Below, one piece after another: positions 25,311 to 39,317 of a stretch of 64,000 bases of DNA (its first letter is position 1; every line of letters begins with the position of its first letter). The DNA is from Octopus sinensis (taxonomy: Eukaryota). A model generated the notes under the pieces. It searched no databases. It was not told the origin of the DNA and worked only from the letters and a program-made list of their open reading frames with translations. A program made the translations under genes and the position numbers. The stretch covers positions 121,148,001 to 121,212,000 of the forward strand of contig NC_042997.1 in assembly GCF_006345805.1 (NCBI RefSeq), written 5' to 3'.

Positions 25311-25581
25311 TGTCACCATCTTCCTTGTGGGATGCGGGCAACTGAGCAAACCAGGTGAGTGTTTTGCCACTACAGCTGAACATAGGAAAGCAGTATTGAA
25401 GAATTACATGGAAATGAAAGAAGCTCTAATATTGATTTTAAGATGAAATACGTATAAACTAAGCTACTGATCGTGATGAATTCCCAGCTGTACTTCGAGT
25501 AGAGAATCTTAATAAAATAAATTCTCTTCTCCATTCCAGAGCTTCCTTACAACTTGCAAGCTTCCAGACAAGTAAAAGAAG
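25311..25581 (+). other. Candidate pair of short exons (25311-25354, 25540-25581) with a 185-nt GT-AG intron
   Basis: Donor CAG|GTGAGT, acceptor TTCTCTTCTCCATTCCAG|, donor AAG|GTATCA; no recognisable protein. Confidence 0.22.
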
Positions 25582-27081
25582 GTATCACAAGCCTATTCAT
25601 ATAGATTAGATGCTAAATAAAGAGATACTTACCTCTCTTATTTTACAAAGGCATAGAAGGAATTGTCAGACGGACACTAATGGTGTTACTTAAATAAAAT
25701 CGCCTACTAACGCCCAACGCGGTGTTTAATCCAGACAGTGCTGCCTCACACAGCTCCAAAAATACTAGCCATGTGTTAAACAATTGGTTAACCATACAAA
25801 TATGAATGTTGGTTTTGCGAACGCCTTCCACAAATTTTATCGGCAAAGTTGGAAAACTTGAAGACTGGATATATGATACTTTTTTTTTACAGAAACAATC
25901 ATGCAGTAGAATCCATTGGGGACTCTAATAGATTGTTGCTCACAATTATGTAAAATTAATGATGGAATATGATGCATTTCAACGCTTCTATACCTGTCTC
26001 ATTATACCGGCTTAGGAACTGGAAAGGCTCTAAATGTAAAAATTCAACTGTCTAGAGCGGAGTAATATTCTTCTCGAATTTCATGCAAGGAGATGGGAGC
26101 ACTAAAATTCAGCATGAAAACTACGCCGGAACCCAAAAAGAGGGACACTCCAGAGTACCAAAGATCCCATCTCCACCATCCAGATTAAGAACCAGTTGTT
26201 TCTATTGTGTACGGTTCAAAGTTCAAACGATATTTTATAATATGCCGAAAGGCCTAAGTAACCTACATGCGCTGTTGTAAATGTCTCCAGAAAGGTAATA
26301 GGCCTTTTCGCCCTTCTACTTGATTAGAATTCCTTATAAGCCTACTTTGTGACAAGAAACACAAATAGGGACATCAATTTTTAAAAACTGCATATCTTGG
26401 TATGTTTATAACTATGTAAATATGTATCTTTACTCACAGTACACGCGGAAATATTCGTTCGTAAAATTACATTCTGTTGCGCGTGTTTATGAGTAACATT
26501 TTTGTTTTGTTTACTCCAACCTTGATTCAGTTTTTCATTATGACACCTTCGTCGAAGGTACCAGTATTGTAATGATTTCAACGTAATGTTAGACGTATAA
26601 ATTCATTTTACGACTCTGTTCGTTACCAACATAGACTTGGTTTGCTTTATATTGCTTTTCGCAACACATTCTCTACCAAATTTGCAACACAATCGACTCG
26701 GGGTGCTTCTCAAAGTTTAATAGAATTAACAGCAAGAATCGATCTAACATATTCCATGATTAAACGCTTAATTTTCTTTTTTTTTGTTTTTGTTTTTGTG
26801 AAATGATAGTGATACACATTTGATTATTACACATGTACTATCATATATTAATGTTGAGAGTAACGAAAAATGCGAATTACTTGTATAATTTCATTAAATC
26901 AACAAGATATAAGCATATTTTATTAACTGTATTTTATTAAATATATTCAACATATTTGAAAGTAAATGCAATTGGTTTGAATAGAATATATTGAATATAT
27001 AGCTAGAATTAAAATTATTTTAATTTGATTTGAAATTTCTCCCTCGTATCAGTTTTACGGCTGTCTTTTTTTTTTTTTTTG

Positions 27082-27134
<53 letters not shown>

Positions 27135-27309
27135 TATATATATATTCTTGTTTTTCTCATGCTTGCTATTTTTGATAAAACTATCCTAAATATATTTGGC
27201 TTCATAACAAACTGCATTTTATGTATTAGCGTAAAGTGGTATGATCAAATTATATCTCAGCTGTGTCATATATATGTATACATCAATATGTGTGTGTGTG
27301 TGTGTGTGA

Positions 27310-27360
<51 letters not shown>

Positions 27361-28573
27361 AATACACATGAGATAACGAAGATATAATTTGATTAGTTAT
27401 CATATGCATATGTTATTTAAACAATTTAAACAAGCGAGATAAACCACCTGTGTTGAATGGTGAGAAAACAATTTGCACAGTATGGTTCTTTCAAAGCTAA
27501 ACTCATGTTAATAAGATTTCTATATATAACCTCATCGAAAAATTTAACCTCATATAATAATCATTTTCCAAAACTTCAATACGCTTTGTAAATTGGTCAA
27601 TTCGGTATCACTGAAGGGTGTGTGTGTATGTGTGTATGTGTATGTGTTTGTGTGTGTATACACGGAAATATCTCTTATACATAACTTCTTTGATTTTAAC
27701 CGAATTAGATGTACGTATTCACAATTGTTTTCAATTATTAGTCGATGTTAGGTACACAGAATCACAATGGTTAGATACAAACCGATAATATTAAATCAGA
27801 TTAGGTAAATATGATAGACAATATGCTTCTGTGGAGGTCTATAATATCATATTAATATACTTTAGGTCATATCTTGTAAATAAATCATATTTGCTGTTTA
27901 TTGTATTTTTTCCTCTAATCTACAAAGCCCGATTGATAACCTAGGGATCTGACGTAATGATTTCCAATATGCACTGCAGCATTTACTTCCACGCGCATAC
28001 GCACGCATCCACATGCACGCGCACACACACATACACACTCACACACACATGCACTATACTTACATAGGTATGTGTTTGTGCGTGTGTGTGAGCCTATGCA
28101 TCTATCGCTTCTATATGTATAATATATATATATATATATATATATATCTACACATTCGTGTGTGTGTGTGTGTGTGTGTGTGTGCATGTGTGTATGCTTG
28201 TATTTATGTAGCCTCTTACTTTTTGCTTCATCACTGGTCTATGCAAGCCAGCATCCTGAAATGTTTTGTTAAACAAATCAAGTTTCTCTTTGTTTTTCTG
28301 TCTTGTACTTATAGGATTGATCTCTCTCGTCGAAAATATAACTTTTTAGAACACAAAGAAGCCAACGTCGATTTACAAACTGTAGCCGGATACACACACA
28401 CACACACACAAATGCAATTTATAGAAAAACAAGAGACGAAAACTGGTGTGTATTAATTTGACGCTCGGGAAAAATGGAAAAGCCTTTTACGTTTCGAGCC
28501 TACGCTCGTGAACATAAACGAACAAGAGGAGATAAACAGAGAAACTGAAAAAAATGTAGAATCAGCGGTCCAG

Positions 28574-28639
<66 letters not shown>

Positions 28640-28744
28640 TATATATACATATACATACATACATACATATAAGCATATATAGGATGTGTACACACATACA
28701 CATCCATAAGTATGTGTGTATCTATGTCTCTCTCTGTCTTTCTT

Positions 28745-28776
<32 letters not shown>

Positions 28777-29733
28777 GTGTGTGTGTGTGGTGTGTGTGAG
28801 TGTTAACACATCCAATACAAAATGGCTATGTTGGTTTGAAAACCTTAGAATACAGCTGATGTTAGGTGCTGCGAAACACAGTGTATACATGTTGACAGAA
28901 TTTCGTCAGCTCCTCGAGATGAGACTATTGTGTGAATCATAGACGTCATTTAACCAAGCACCTATCTGGATTCGAATGATGCTTCGTTGTAAATCATATG
29001 ACTATTGTGTTCTAAATACCAGGCTAGAAGTATTGCGATGTCTAAGCATCTAATAGCAATAGAAATAGAGTGAGGGAGAGAACTAGAAAACATCGTTACC
29101 TACATTTTCTTGCGCGCAACCACATAGATTTTTTCTTTCGTTTGGAAATATTGCTGCAAGGAAGGATGGTGTATGGTGCAATTGCCATGTAAACAAATGT
29201 CATTGCTAAATAAAGAAAACTTGGTCGGATATTTCAGGATGTAGTACTCCTCAACAGTGACACCACCAAGAGTTATTTATTTTCAAGGATTTATGAAACA
29301 GTCTAAAGGCAATTTGCTTTGCATGATTTGTGATGTTAAATTAACTTGCGAATGAAGAAATTGGAAATGAATCCTTTGATATTACTTCATAAAGAATTGA
29401 GATTACTTGGTATTCGACTCCTTCAGTTTCACTAAGAATTAAGATATTAGTTGTAAGATAGCTCAATGCGTAGCGATTTTTGAGTGAATGTGTTTGTAGT
29501 TATCGTATATAAATCGGTCGAGTTTTTCCATCCTCATGGAAAATACATTCCACCGCCACCACTATAGTACAAGTCCGGTCCATTAAAACACGTCTCCCGC
29601 AGTATACATCTCATATCACCTTATTACTTCAGCGTCAAGATTCCTAATTATGGTGGGGATTAGACATTGTGTGGTGTTAAAGGTTGTCATCTATTGGCTT
29701 CGGGTAAATTTAGTTTGTTAAGTCCCTTTCTGT

Positions 29734-30240
29734 GGAGGCGCGTGGCTTAGTGGATAGGGTGTTGAACCCATGATAGTAAGGTTGCGGATTTGATTCCTGG
29801 ACCGGGCGATGCGTTATGTTCTTGAGCAAAATACTTGATTTCACGTTACTCCAGTCCACTTAGCTGGCAAAAATGAGTAATCCTTCGACAGACCGACGTC
29901 CAGTCTAGGAGGGGAATTTTTACGACACTAAAACCGGGAAACCGGCCCTTATGAGCCTGGCATGGCTCGAGAAGGAACGTGTTGTGGTTAGAGCAGCGGA
30001 TTCGCGGTCGAGGGATCGCGGGTTCGAATCTCAGAATCACCTAAGTTCCACGTGTCTCCGACAGAAGGTAATGGCGAACTTCTGCTGAATCTTTCGCCAC
30101 AAATTTATCTCACTCTTTCCTCCTGCATTTGGCAGCTCACCAGCGACGGAACGGCATTCCTTCCAGGTGGGGAACCTATACGACAAGGAAACCAAGAAAC
30201 CGGCTCTTATGAGCCAGGCATGGCTCGAGAAAAAACAAAC
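29734..30240 (+). mobile_element. Dimeric tRNA-derived SINE (two different heads, shared tail) inside one TSD
   Basis: 14-bp TSD AAGTCCCTTTCTGT at 29720-29733 and 30241-30254; both units end GAAACCGG(C/T)..TATGAGCC.GGCATGGCTCGAGAA. Confidence 0.85.
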
Positions 30241-30717
30241 AAGTCCCTTTCTGTCTTGGAAATTGCTCACTAACTTGGTATTAAACGTTATGTATAAATT
30301 AATTCGTAATTATTCCGATGCAGTCATTTATGTAACTATGCATTGTATTGATTCTTGTATTGCACCGACGTTCTTGCGCACCAGATCTGTAAAATAAAGA
30401 ACGATGATGCGTGATGGGTTATCACAGACTGTAAATGATAAAACATCGCACAATCCGTCATATCTGCCATACTAAGTTTCCCAATGGAACGAATGGTCGT
30501 ACAAGAAATTAACCTACATTTTATAACTTGTTGAAATCGCTATTATAAAACAATGGTCTTGTAGCGTTCGTGATTATGTTTATAGTCTAGGACGGTGCGG
30601 AGGAACTTAGATAACAAATGGCCGAATTAAATGGTCACGCACAGACACACGCGCACATGCACACACGAACGTTATAGCGTGATTCTATGGCATTGAAAAG
30701 AGGACGTGCAGGCTTAC

Positions 30718-30831
30718 CTCAGGTGAAATCACTTTTGATATGGACTCTTCCCTATTAAAGTCCCTCCGCATAGAGTTAGTGTTGCCAATATCTTGCCAAG
30801 TTATACAGTACTCACTACAAGGAACTGACAT
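30718..30831 (-). other. Candidate first coding exon (38 codons, phase 0)
   Basis: ATG..MSVPCSEYCITWQDIGNTNSMRRDFNREESISKVISPE ending at GAG|GTAAGC; no homology recognised. Confidence 0.2.
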
Positions 30832-31299
30832 CGCTAATTATATACATCACAATAGTCTACCGTCGAAGTGGCACCAACATGCTGACAAAAGTATTTTTTG
30901 TGGCACTAAACACACGGAAAATAACCGACTTTAGATTGGTAGTATTACAGCCATCTAAATGCATTTGCCCAACTGAGAATTTAACACATAGAAGCCATTT
31001 TGAATGTTTTTATACTTTTATACATGTGTAAATATATACGTGAATATATACGTATATAAATGGATATATACACCCTTATATATATATTAGGAAATAATAA
31101 AATAGAGATTTTGAAGTTCATAAAAGTTTATTATCAGCATCAAATCGATCATTATCCCTTACAGGTGTTTCAATCATACACGTTTAAAGAAATTAAATAT
31201 TAAATACATATTTCTGAGCATAATCTCAGATGTTATGAATGTTTTTTGTAGATTCATCACAGCAGGCGGCTACATTATATATATATATATATATATATA

Positions 31300-31334
<35 letters not shown>

Positions 31335-31403
31335 AGGTCCCAGGTTGATTCGGGGTTAACCACAGTAAATAAGGTACTCAATCCATAGCAGAGTAAAATT
31401 AAT

Positions 31404-31521
31404 TTATTATATAGAAGGAGCTTCTACAGGACTAGAACTGTTTCATTCAAGAGAAATCTTCCTGAAGATTTCTCTTGAATGAAACAGTTCTAGTCCTGTA
31501 GAAGCTCCTTCTATATAATAA
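31404..31521. repeat. Perfect 58-bp-arm palindrome with 2-nt loop carrying a hammerhead-like core
   Basis: Arms 31404-31461 / 31464-31521; plus strand CUGAAGA-UUUC UCUU GAAU-GAAAC-AGUUCUA-GUC. Confidence 0.9.
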
Positions 31522-32904
31522 TATATATATTATATATATATATATATATACAAATATATATATATACAAATATATATATATATATATAATATATTATATA
31601 TATATATTATATATATATATATTATATATATATATATACAAATATATATGCCTCTTTACAACATACGTATATATATATGCCTATTTATCACATATATTAC
31701 ATCACATCTTAAAAGGCTATTGACAATGGTGAAATTCACATTATAAGACTGGGGACAAATTGAAGTTAAATTACTAAGCAAAATATCTCATTCATTTGCA
31801 TCATATACCAACAATACTATGAGATTTCGTCGGTTGAAAATGTCAAATTTCATGCATCTTTTCAGAGTGCGTGCATATTAAAAAGGATTCATCTCTTAAA
31901 AGAAATGTTCAAGTCATTTCTGTAAATGGAAAATTGAAGATATTTCCTTTTCTCAGTATTCTCAAATATAGGCGTATATATGCGTATATATCTATCGGTG
32001 GACGTGTAAACTTGCGGTAGCATGTAGAAAATAGCGTTAAAAGCAACAGAATATATATCGCTGTTCATAGTATTATCTAAAAAATTTAATTAAAAAAGTT
32101 TTGCAGCTTTTACAGTTTTTTCTCTAACTACACTATATAAGTTTAGCGTGGGCATACTTAAAACCTTAGTTATTATTGTTAGCAAGAAATTAAAATAATC
32201 CAATAAAAAAATATGCATGAATTCAGAAAAAATTATTTTAAGAATTTAAATGGAAAAGAAAAACGAAAGAAATACGAATATAATTTCTGTTGTTCAGCTG
32301 AATTATTAACAATTTAATTGATATTGACATGTCTCAAGGCTAATGTTTACAATGATTTATTGTAAGGAATCCTGTCCTGTAGATAATTGATAAATATCTT
32401 TATAAACAATGACGGGGTGAATCAAATTTGCTCGCACATGAGGTTTCAATTCCCCCTATCAAATAACAAAACCGATTATTCTACTCAGAACTAAATGCTA
32501 ATATTTGTTTAATTATATGGATTGGGGATGGGCCAACTACAATTCAGATCATTCGAGTTCTTTTTATACGGAGAGAAATCTATGCGGACGATTGCAGAAT
32601 TTTATTCTCTCTCGAGGCTCATTTTCTCGTTTCTGTTATTAGTTTCGACGGAATAACCAAAGCAATCAAGCAATAATGCATATTCACAGACAAAACATAG
32701 ATAATGTATACAAATGCTTTCGATCATATTTCTATAAACCCAAACAAGGTAATGCATGAAAAATAAAAACAGCAGGATCTCAATATTTCAATTTTAGGGC
32801 CCCTTATTTGCGAAATATATACAGAAAACTGGTTATTCGGTGACATATGTGCCCTGTAGTGCTAAATGACGGAAATTCATGAAAACTATACAACTCGAAT
32901 ATTA

Positions 32905-33125
32905 TATTCTTTTACTCATTTACTTGTTTCAGTCACTTTGACTGAGGCCATGCTGGAGCACCGCCTTTTTGGCTGAGCAAATCGACTCCAGGACTTATAC
33001 TTTGTAAGCCTAGTACTTATTCTATCGGTCTCTTTGGCTGAACCGTTAAGTTACGGCGACGTAAACACACCAGCACCAGTTGTCAAGTGATGTTGGAGGG
33101 ACAAACATAGACACACAAACATACA
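32905..33125 (-). mobile_element. SINE family 2, 3' half
   Basis: Matches tail of the 36729 and 60879 copies; abuts (CA)/(TA)/(GA) tract. Confidence 0.8.
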
Positions 33126-33136
33126 CACACATACAT

Positions 33137-33263
<127 letters not shown>

Positions 33264-33323
33264 CAGATGGGAGGGAGAGAGAAGCAGAGGAGAGGGAGAG
33301 AGAGGCAGAGGGGAGGGAGAGAT

Positions 33324-33367
<44 letters not shown>

Positions 33368-33907
33368 AAGAATTTTGATGAAAAGATTTTAGTGACTTGT
33401 ACTGAAAAAATAATAACGAAAGAAGGCAAAGGCACATAATTCATAAATTATCAATATATTTTAAAGTATAGAATATTATCATAGTCTGTCGGTTTTGTAT
33501 TTTGCTATGACATTGAAAGTGGTAAGAAAAATTGCAATTTCTTAATATCATAAGGAGTTTTTAGTCCATATTGTTTGTATAAGAGTCTGTTTGGAAGTAA
33601 ACCAGCATGTAGAAAAGTCTAAGATGTAATTGGTGATTGTTATTATTAGAGACAGGGGATATAATTACACTTGTTTTGGATCTGGCGTCCATTTCTTAGT
33701 AGGGTCCACTTTCTTGGGAGGTTAAATTTATTGTATTTTCATTACGAGGTTATAAACTCATGAGGTAACGTTGTGAAGTAAAATATGTGCCAAGCTAGTT
33801 ATGCGTTCACGAGTTACAATATTTACAAAATCCAAAATTGGTTATGCGTTGATATTCAGACGCGGTAGAAATTTTTTAATAAACATATTTTATTTACACT
33901 ATTTACG

Positions 33908-34066
33908 TTATTTACACTTGACGGATATTTGTTTTTAATTGTTTCTTCTTAACACAACGTTTCGGCTGATATACCCTCCAGCCTTCATTGCGTGTCTTGG
34001 GGAAATTTCGAACCTGGTTTTTCATTCCTAAGGTATTTCCGATTTTTTTTTATTCCAGGCAATGAT

Positions 34067-34139
<73 letters not shown>

Positions 34140-34423
34140 TGATGATGATGATGATGATGATGATAATAATAATAATAATAATAACAATAATAATAATAAT
34201 AATAATGATGATAATATCAATAGTAATGATAATAAAAACAACAATAAAAACATCATCAACAACAACAACAACAACAACAGCAACATTGAAAAATACTTTA
34301 GGAATGAGAACCCAGATTCGAAATTTCCCTAAGATACCTGATGAAGGCTGGTGGTTATATCAGCCGAAACGTTATATTAACAACAAACAAAATGAGGACA
34401 AATATCCGTCAAATGTAAATAAT
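33908..34423. repeat. Inverted ~135-bp arms around an (AAT)/(GAT)/(AAC) core; hammerhead motif in each arm
   Basis: Left about 33908-34040, right about 34288-34423, reverse-complementary. Confidence 0.9.
34333..34378 (+). ncRNA. Minimal hammerhead motif
   Basis: GAUAC-CUGAUGA-A-GGCUG(10-nt loop)CAGCC-GAAAC-GUU^AUAUU; loopless palindromic ACGU stem III. Confidence 0.7.
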
Positions 34424-35428
34424 ATAAATCACGTACGTTTCCCTTGTTTAAGCTGAATTCCAAACCTTCCTGTTGGTTCATGTGTGTGTGTGTGTGTGTG
34501 TGTGCGTGTGTTTGTGTGTGTGTGTGTGTGTTGTGTGTGTGTATGTATGTGTGTTTGTATGTGAGCGAGAGAGAGACAGAAACGGAAGCACATACATATA
34601 TAAATAAGTGTATGTTTGTGCATGTGTACGTGTCGGTGAACATAATGCATGGCCGAGTTAAATGTTACTGCTATTAGCAACCCAATACAAAGTAATTACA
34701 TAATTGCTTGTCCATAACAGAACCAAATAAGACTTAACAAAACGGTGAATGAATCCGCGCTTACTATCGATAAGTATCTCGCATTTAGATCACGGAGACA
34801 TAAAAATACACGAGATAATAAAATAGCGAATTATTCAAATGAATGTACAAGTAGGGGTATTCTAGATCTTGTCGTACCATCTACCTTGAAAAGAGCTAAA
34901 TAGAGCTCCAGTTCTGTGTTAGGAAAACAGAGCCACCTTATCTGAGACAGAGATAAACGGAATATAAATAACTACTTTTCTGTTCTTTTTATAATGTGCC
35001 AGGAAAGCGATTATATTGATTGATATACATATATATATATATACAGATGGACTAAGATTTTGATATGGTGCACATTTTAAGCTTTCTTTGCGCTCTTAAA
35101 CTCTTTACGTAATGAAAATATAAATGGCATCCGATGTAAGCTCCATTCGCAATGAATAGCCTCCCATTTATATAATTTTACTTTATATGTTCTACCGACA
35201 GTCTCTCTCATACGCGAAACAATCACTTCTCTTTAACTGCCTGAACAAATAAATAATTATAGTGCGGAAGGAATATAGACTGGAACATATTCTTTCACTT
35301 GAATGTAAATGAACATACGTGATTTGTGCATGCGTGTGTGTCAGTCTCTTTCCCTCTCTCTCCCACTCTCTCTGTCTCTATCTCCTTCTCTCTCTGTATC
35401 TTTGTCTGTGTGTATGTCTGTCAATGTG

Positions 35429-35478
35429 AGTTTCTTTGTTACGAAGTTTCTTTGTTACGAAGTTTCTTTGTTACGAAG
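35429..35478. repeat. Tandem repeat, 3 x 16 bp (TTCTTTGTTACGAAGT)
   Basis: Seen directly. Confidence 0.85.
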
Positions 35479-36728
35479 TAATTCATGAGAATATTTATTT
35501 GACGTCTGTGAAATTTCTAAATCTCTGACTACCAACATTCTAAGCATTTTGCATTTTATGGTTTCTTAGATAATTATTTTAACGCTAAAAATATAACATG
35601 AGTTCGGAGTTATACTTTTCTAGCGTTAAGACACATAGCATTCTACTAATCATATCTTAATAACTTAATTCAGACCTGTGTGACTAATTATTGTATAAGA
35701 TTGCAAATTAAATCAAAACACAGATTTGGTCTCACACAAACTGTAGAAATTACGGAAACTAATTCCCGCATTTCATATAGTAAACATAATTAAATGCCTT
35801 AAATTAGTGCTCTATAATGCAATTGTTTAAATTATGTCATTATATTCGAGCCTATTCCCTTAGGTAATTTTACCGACAAGAAGAGAAATATATAATATAT
35901 AATATATAATATATATATATACACACAAATATATAATTATCCGACACCAATAAATCAGGAATGGTTTCCTCTTATGTAATGATATATTGAAACGTGTTTA
36001 TAAATCCGTACAACATTCCTACAGATTGTACGATTCTTATTAGGAATAGGACATTTAAAATGCTAAACTCATTAACGTATCACCCGGCTTAACATAAATG
36101 GACGTTGTACGTGGTTACTTGGTCAGCCAGAAATTGCACCAATTCTACATCAAATCGCCACCTATTTCATGAAATCGAAATGTAATTTGGAATTCCTGAA
36201 ATGAAAAAGCTCCATATTGCATTGCAAACGATCTTACACTTGCTTGTTTCCCGTCTTAGTTGGTGAGAGTCTCAGTGGTACTGTACTATCTTTTATTCAG
36301 TTTAAATTTCAGAACAGACATTACTTACAGCCGTTTACTTTATCATCTAGGACAAGATAATTGTTTGTGATGCTCATACTCATTTACGAGATGACAGCGA
36401 ATATCTTTGTATGTGTGTGTGTGTGTGTAAAACTATGGCGGCTAGAAGACGTTGACGCAGCTATTCTTCAACAGTCTTACTACGGGGCGAAAGATTGGCA
36501 AAAACTACAAAAAATACAAAGTCCTACTTTGGAGTTCATTCGACCAACCTAGAACCCTCTATTTATACGCTCCCCTGTTTTAAGAACTCTTGGACTTACA
36601 GAGATTTCAGCTGTATATCAGCCATGTCAATCTTACCTAAGAAATCTTGCAAAATTTACGTGACGTCTACCCACGTTTCAGGTGTATCTTGCAAAACTTT
36701 TCGCGGTGATACATGCTATAGAATAGTA

Positions 36729-37120
36729 TACTCTCCTCTTTTACTCTTTTACTCTTTTACTTGTTTCAGTCATTTGACTGCGGCCATACTGGAGCACTGC
36801 CTTTAGTCGAACAAATCGACCCCAGGACTTATTCTATCGGTCTCTTTTACTGAACTTCGTAGTTACGGGGGCGTAAACACACCAGCATCGGTTGTCAAGC
36901 GATCCTGGGTGGGGAGAACAAACACAAACACACAAATGCACACACACACACACACATATATATATATACATATACATATATACCACGGGCTTCTTTCAGT
37001 TTCCGCCTACCAAATCCACTCACAAGGCTTTGATCGGCCCGAAGCTATAGAAGACACTTGCCCAAGGTGCCACGCAGAGAGACTGAACCCGGAGCCAGTT
37101 GGTTGCTAAGCAAGCTACTT
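36729..37120 (-). mobile_element. SINE family 2, lacking ~20 nt at 5' end, tail ending in (AAAGAGT)n
   Basis: Reverse complement of the 60879-61316 element including the internal microsatellite. Confidence 0.85.
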
Positions 37121-37957
37121 GAAGGAAATCCTACATTATCAGTTGAACAATTGGCAATAAAGCTTAGTTTAAACCATACAACTGTTCATCGTCATCTTCA
37201 AAAACTTGGAAAGGTTCCTAAACTTGGAAAATGGGTGCCTCATGAATTGTCCGAAAGCAACCTCCAATCCTGATTTGAAATTTTTTCTCTCCATTCTCGC
37301 AAACTCATTTCACCCTTTTTGGACAGACTTGAGACTGGTGACGAAAAATGGATCTTCTATCGAAATGTTAAACGTCGTAAACAGTGGCTTGATAAAAGAG
37401 AAATGCTCAACCACAACCGAGAAGGGAATTTCATGGAAAAAATATTGCACTCTCTATCTGGTGGAATTGCTAAGGAGTAATTCACTTTGAATTGTTACCA
37501 CCTAATGCAACAATCAATGCTCAAGTCTACTGTCAGCAATTAGAGCATTTGAACTAAGCTTTGAAGAAAAAAAATACCCGCTTTAATGAATCGAAAAAGA
37601 GATTGTTCCATCAAGACAAAGCGCGACCCCACACTGCAAAGATCACATCACAGAAGATCGAAGAGCTTCGTTGGGAAAGCATTCCTCCTACACCTCATTC
37701 TCCCGACCTTGCTCCTTCAGATTAACATTTGTTTCGTACGCAAGCCAGGTGGAGGTCGAAATTGACATTTCAGAGTTCTCCGCTTTGAAACCAAAAGAGT
37801 TTTATATTGATGGAATTAAAATGCTTGTAAATAGGTGGAAGGAAGTCATAGATAATCAGGGAAAGTACATTGATGATTAAATTTCAATTAAATATAACAT
37901 TTGAAAACTCGTTTTCCTTATTCAAAATTTGGACAGAACTTATGGAATGACCTGATA
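37121..37957 (+). mobile_element. Mariner (Tc1/mariner, DD34D-type) transposase relic with 3' TIR
   Basis: HTH, WVPHEL, TGDEKWI, FHQDKARPH, HSPDLAPSD, GIKMLVNRWKEVIDNQGKY; TIR-like end GAACTTATGGAATGACCTGATA; multiple stops and frameshifts; 5' end absent. Confidence 0.92.
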
Positions 37958-38761
37958 ATTTCGTTGAGTTTTCCAGTCAATATTTTAAGATATAGTATAT
38001 AATCTAGGCTCATTAATTCGCGCTCACCGAAAAACAGACAGTATTTGCCAAATAGGCTGTTAGAATGATGTTTATGTCACTGCTTACTTCGTACATCGCA
38101 TAAGCACACGCCGGAATATCAACACTTTCCATAATGCTTCGACAGTGATCTCGAAGAAAATTTCACATTCTAGCAAATGTTTTCTAACTTCAAATAAATA
38201 TCATTATAATGTGTACAAAATAAATGAACCCCGACTTATTCGATTCCCTTGTCTCTGTTCGGAGAAATGTGTTCATGGTTTATATATTTCACCCTGAAAT
38301 ATAGCCATGTTGTAATAGATCCCTTTAAAGCAAAATGACACTCAATGCAAATACTAGGTACTCATTTTTATTGATGTTTAACCCACCTATTCATCTATAA
38401 CACATAAATAAAACTTTCTGGACATGAACTTGTAGCATGGGATTTCTATATAATCGTAAAACTATAAACGTAGATAAGCTTACAATGAAGTTAATGCATT
38501 TATCTTGTTCTTATCTGTTTCTGTTTTTTTTTGTTTCGTTTTTTTTTCTTTGCAAAATATGAATCAAAATCGTTACTGAAGATCTGTAAGATAGAGACAT
38601 TGACCGTATTGCAATACAATTTCTAAATATGAATCATAGTTCATACATAAATTAGATAACATCTGAGACCACGGCTTAATAGTTATGCAGTAATTTTTGC
38701 TAAAACAAATTGCAGCAAAATTACATACACACACCATATACATACATGTATACATTCATAA

Positions 38762-38802
<41 letters not shown>

Positions 38803-39053
38803 CGTGTGTGTGTGTGTGTGTGTTTATGTCTGCATATATATATATATAGAGAGATAGATAGATAGATAGATAGATATATAGATATATAGATATATATAGA
38901 TAGATATAGATATACATACATACATACATACATACACATATATATATATATACATGCAACATACATTTATACACACACCACACACATATATACATATATA
39001 TATATACGTATATATATATATATATTATATATATATATATATTATATATATAG

Positions 39054-39240
39054 TCAATCCAAACATGAACAAAGGGAAAACACAACAACGCGAGGACGTG
39101 GAGCAAGTATAGGAAAGGAAAGAAAAAATGAGGATTTAACGTTTCGAGCGGAGGACTTCATCAGAAACCTAGAAAAAGGAAAGATCCAAGGAAGGGGAGA
39201 TGGAGAAGAAAATCGCCAACGATATACACGCGGTCACATA
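39054..39240 (-). mobile_element. Same hammerhead-bearing repeat family (core CUGAUGA intact, stem II damaged)
   Basis: Homologous to 43978-44185. Confidence 0.7.
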
Positions 39241-39265
39241 CACACACACATATAGATATTATTAT

Positions 39266-39317
<52 letters not shown>

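Noticed and set aside
29985-30040. tRNA gene
   Set aside because: A and B boxes are present but there is no acceptor stem; it continues into a SINE body and tail.
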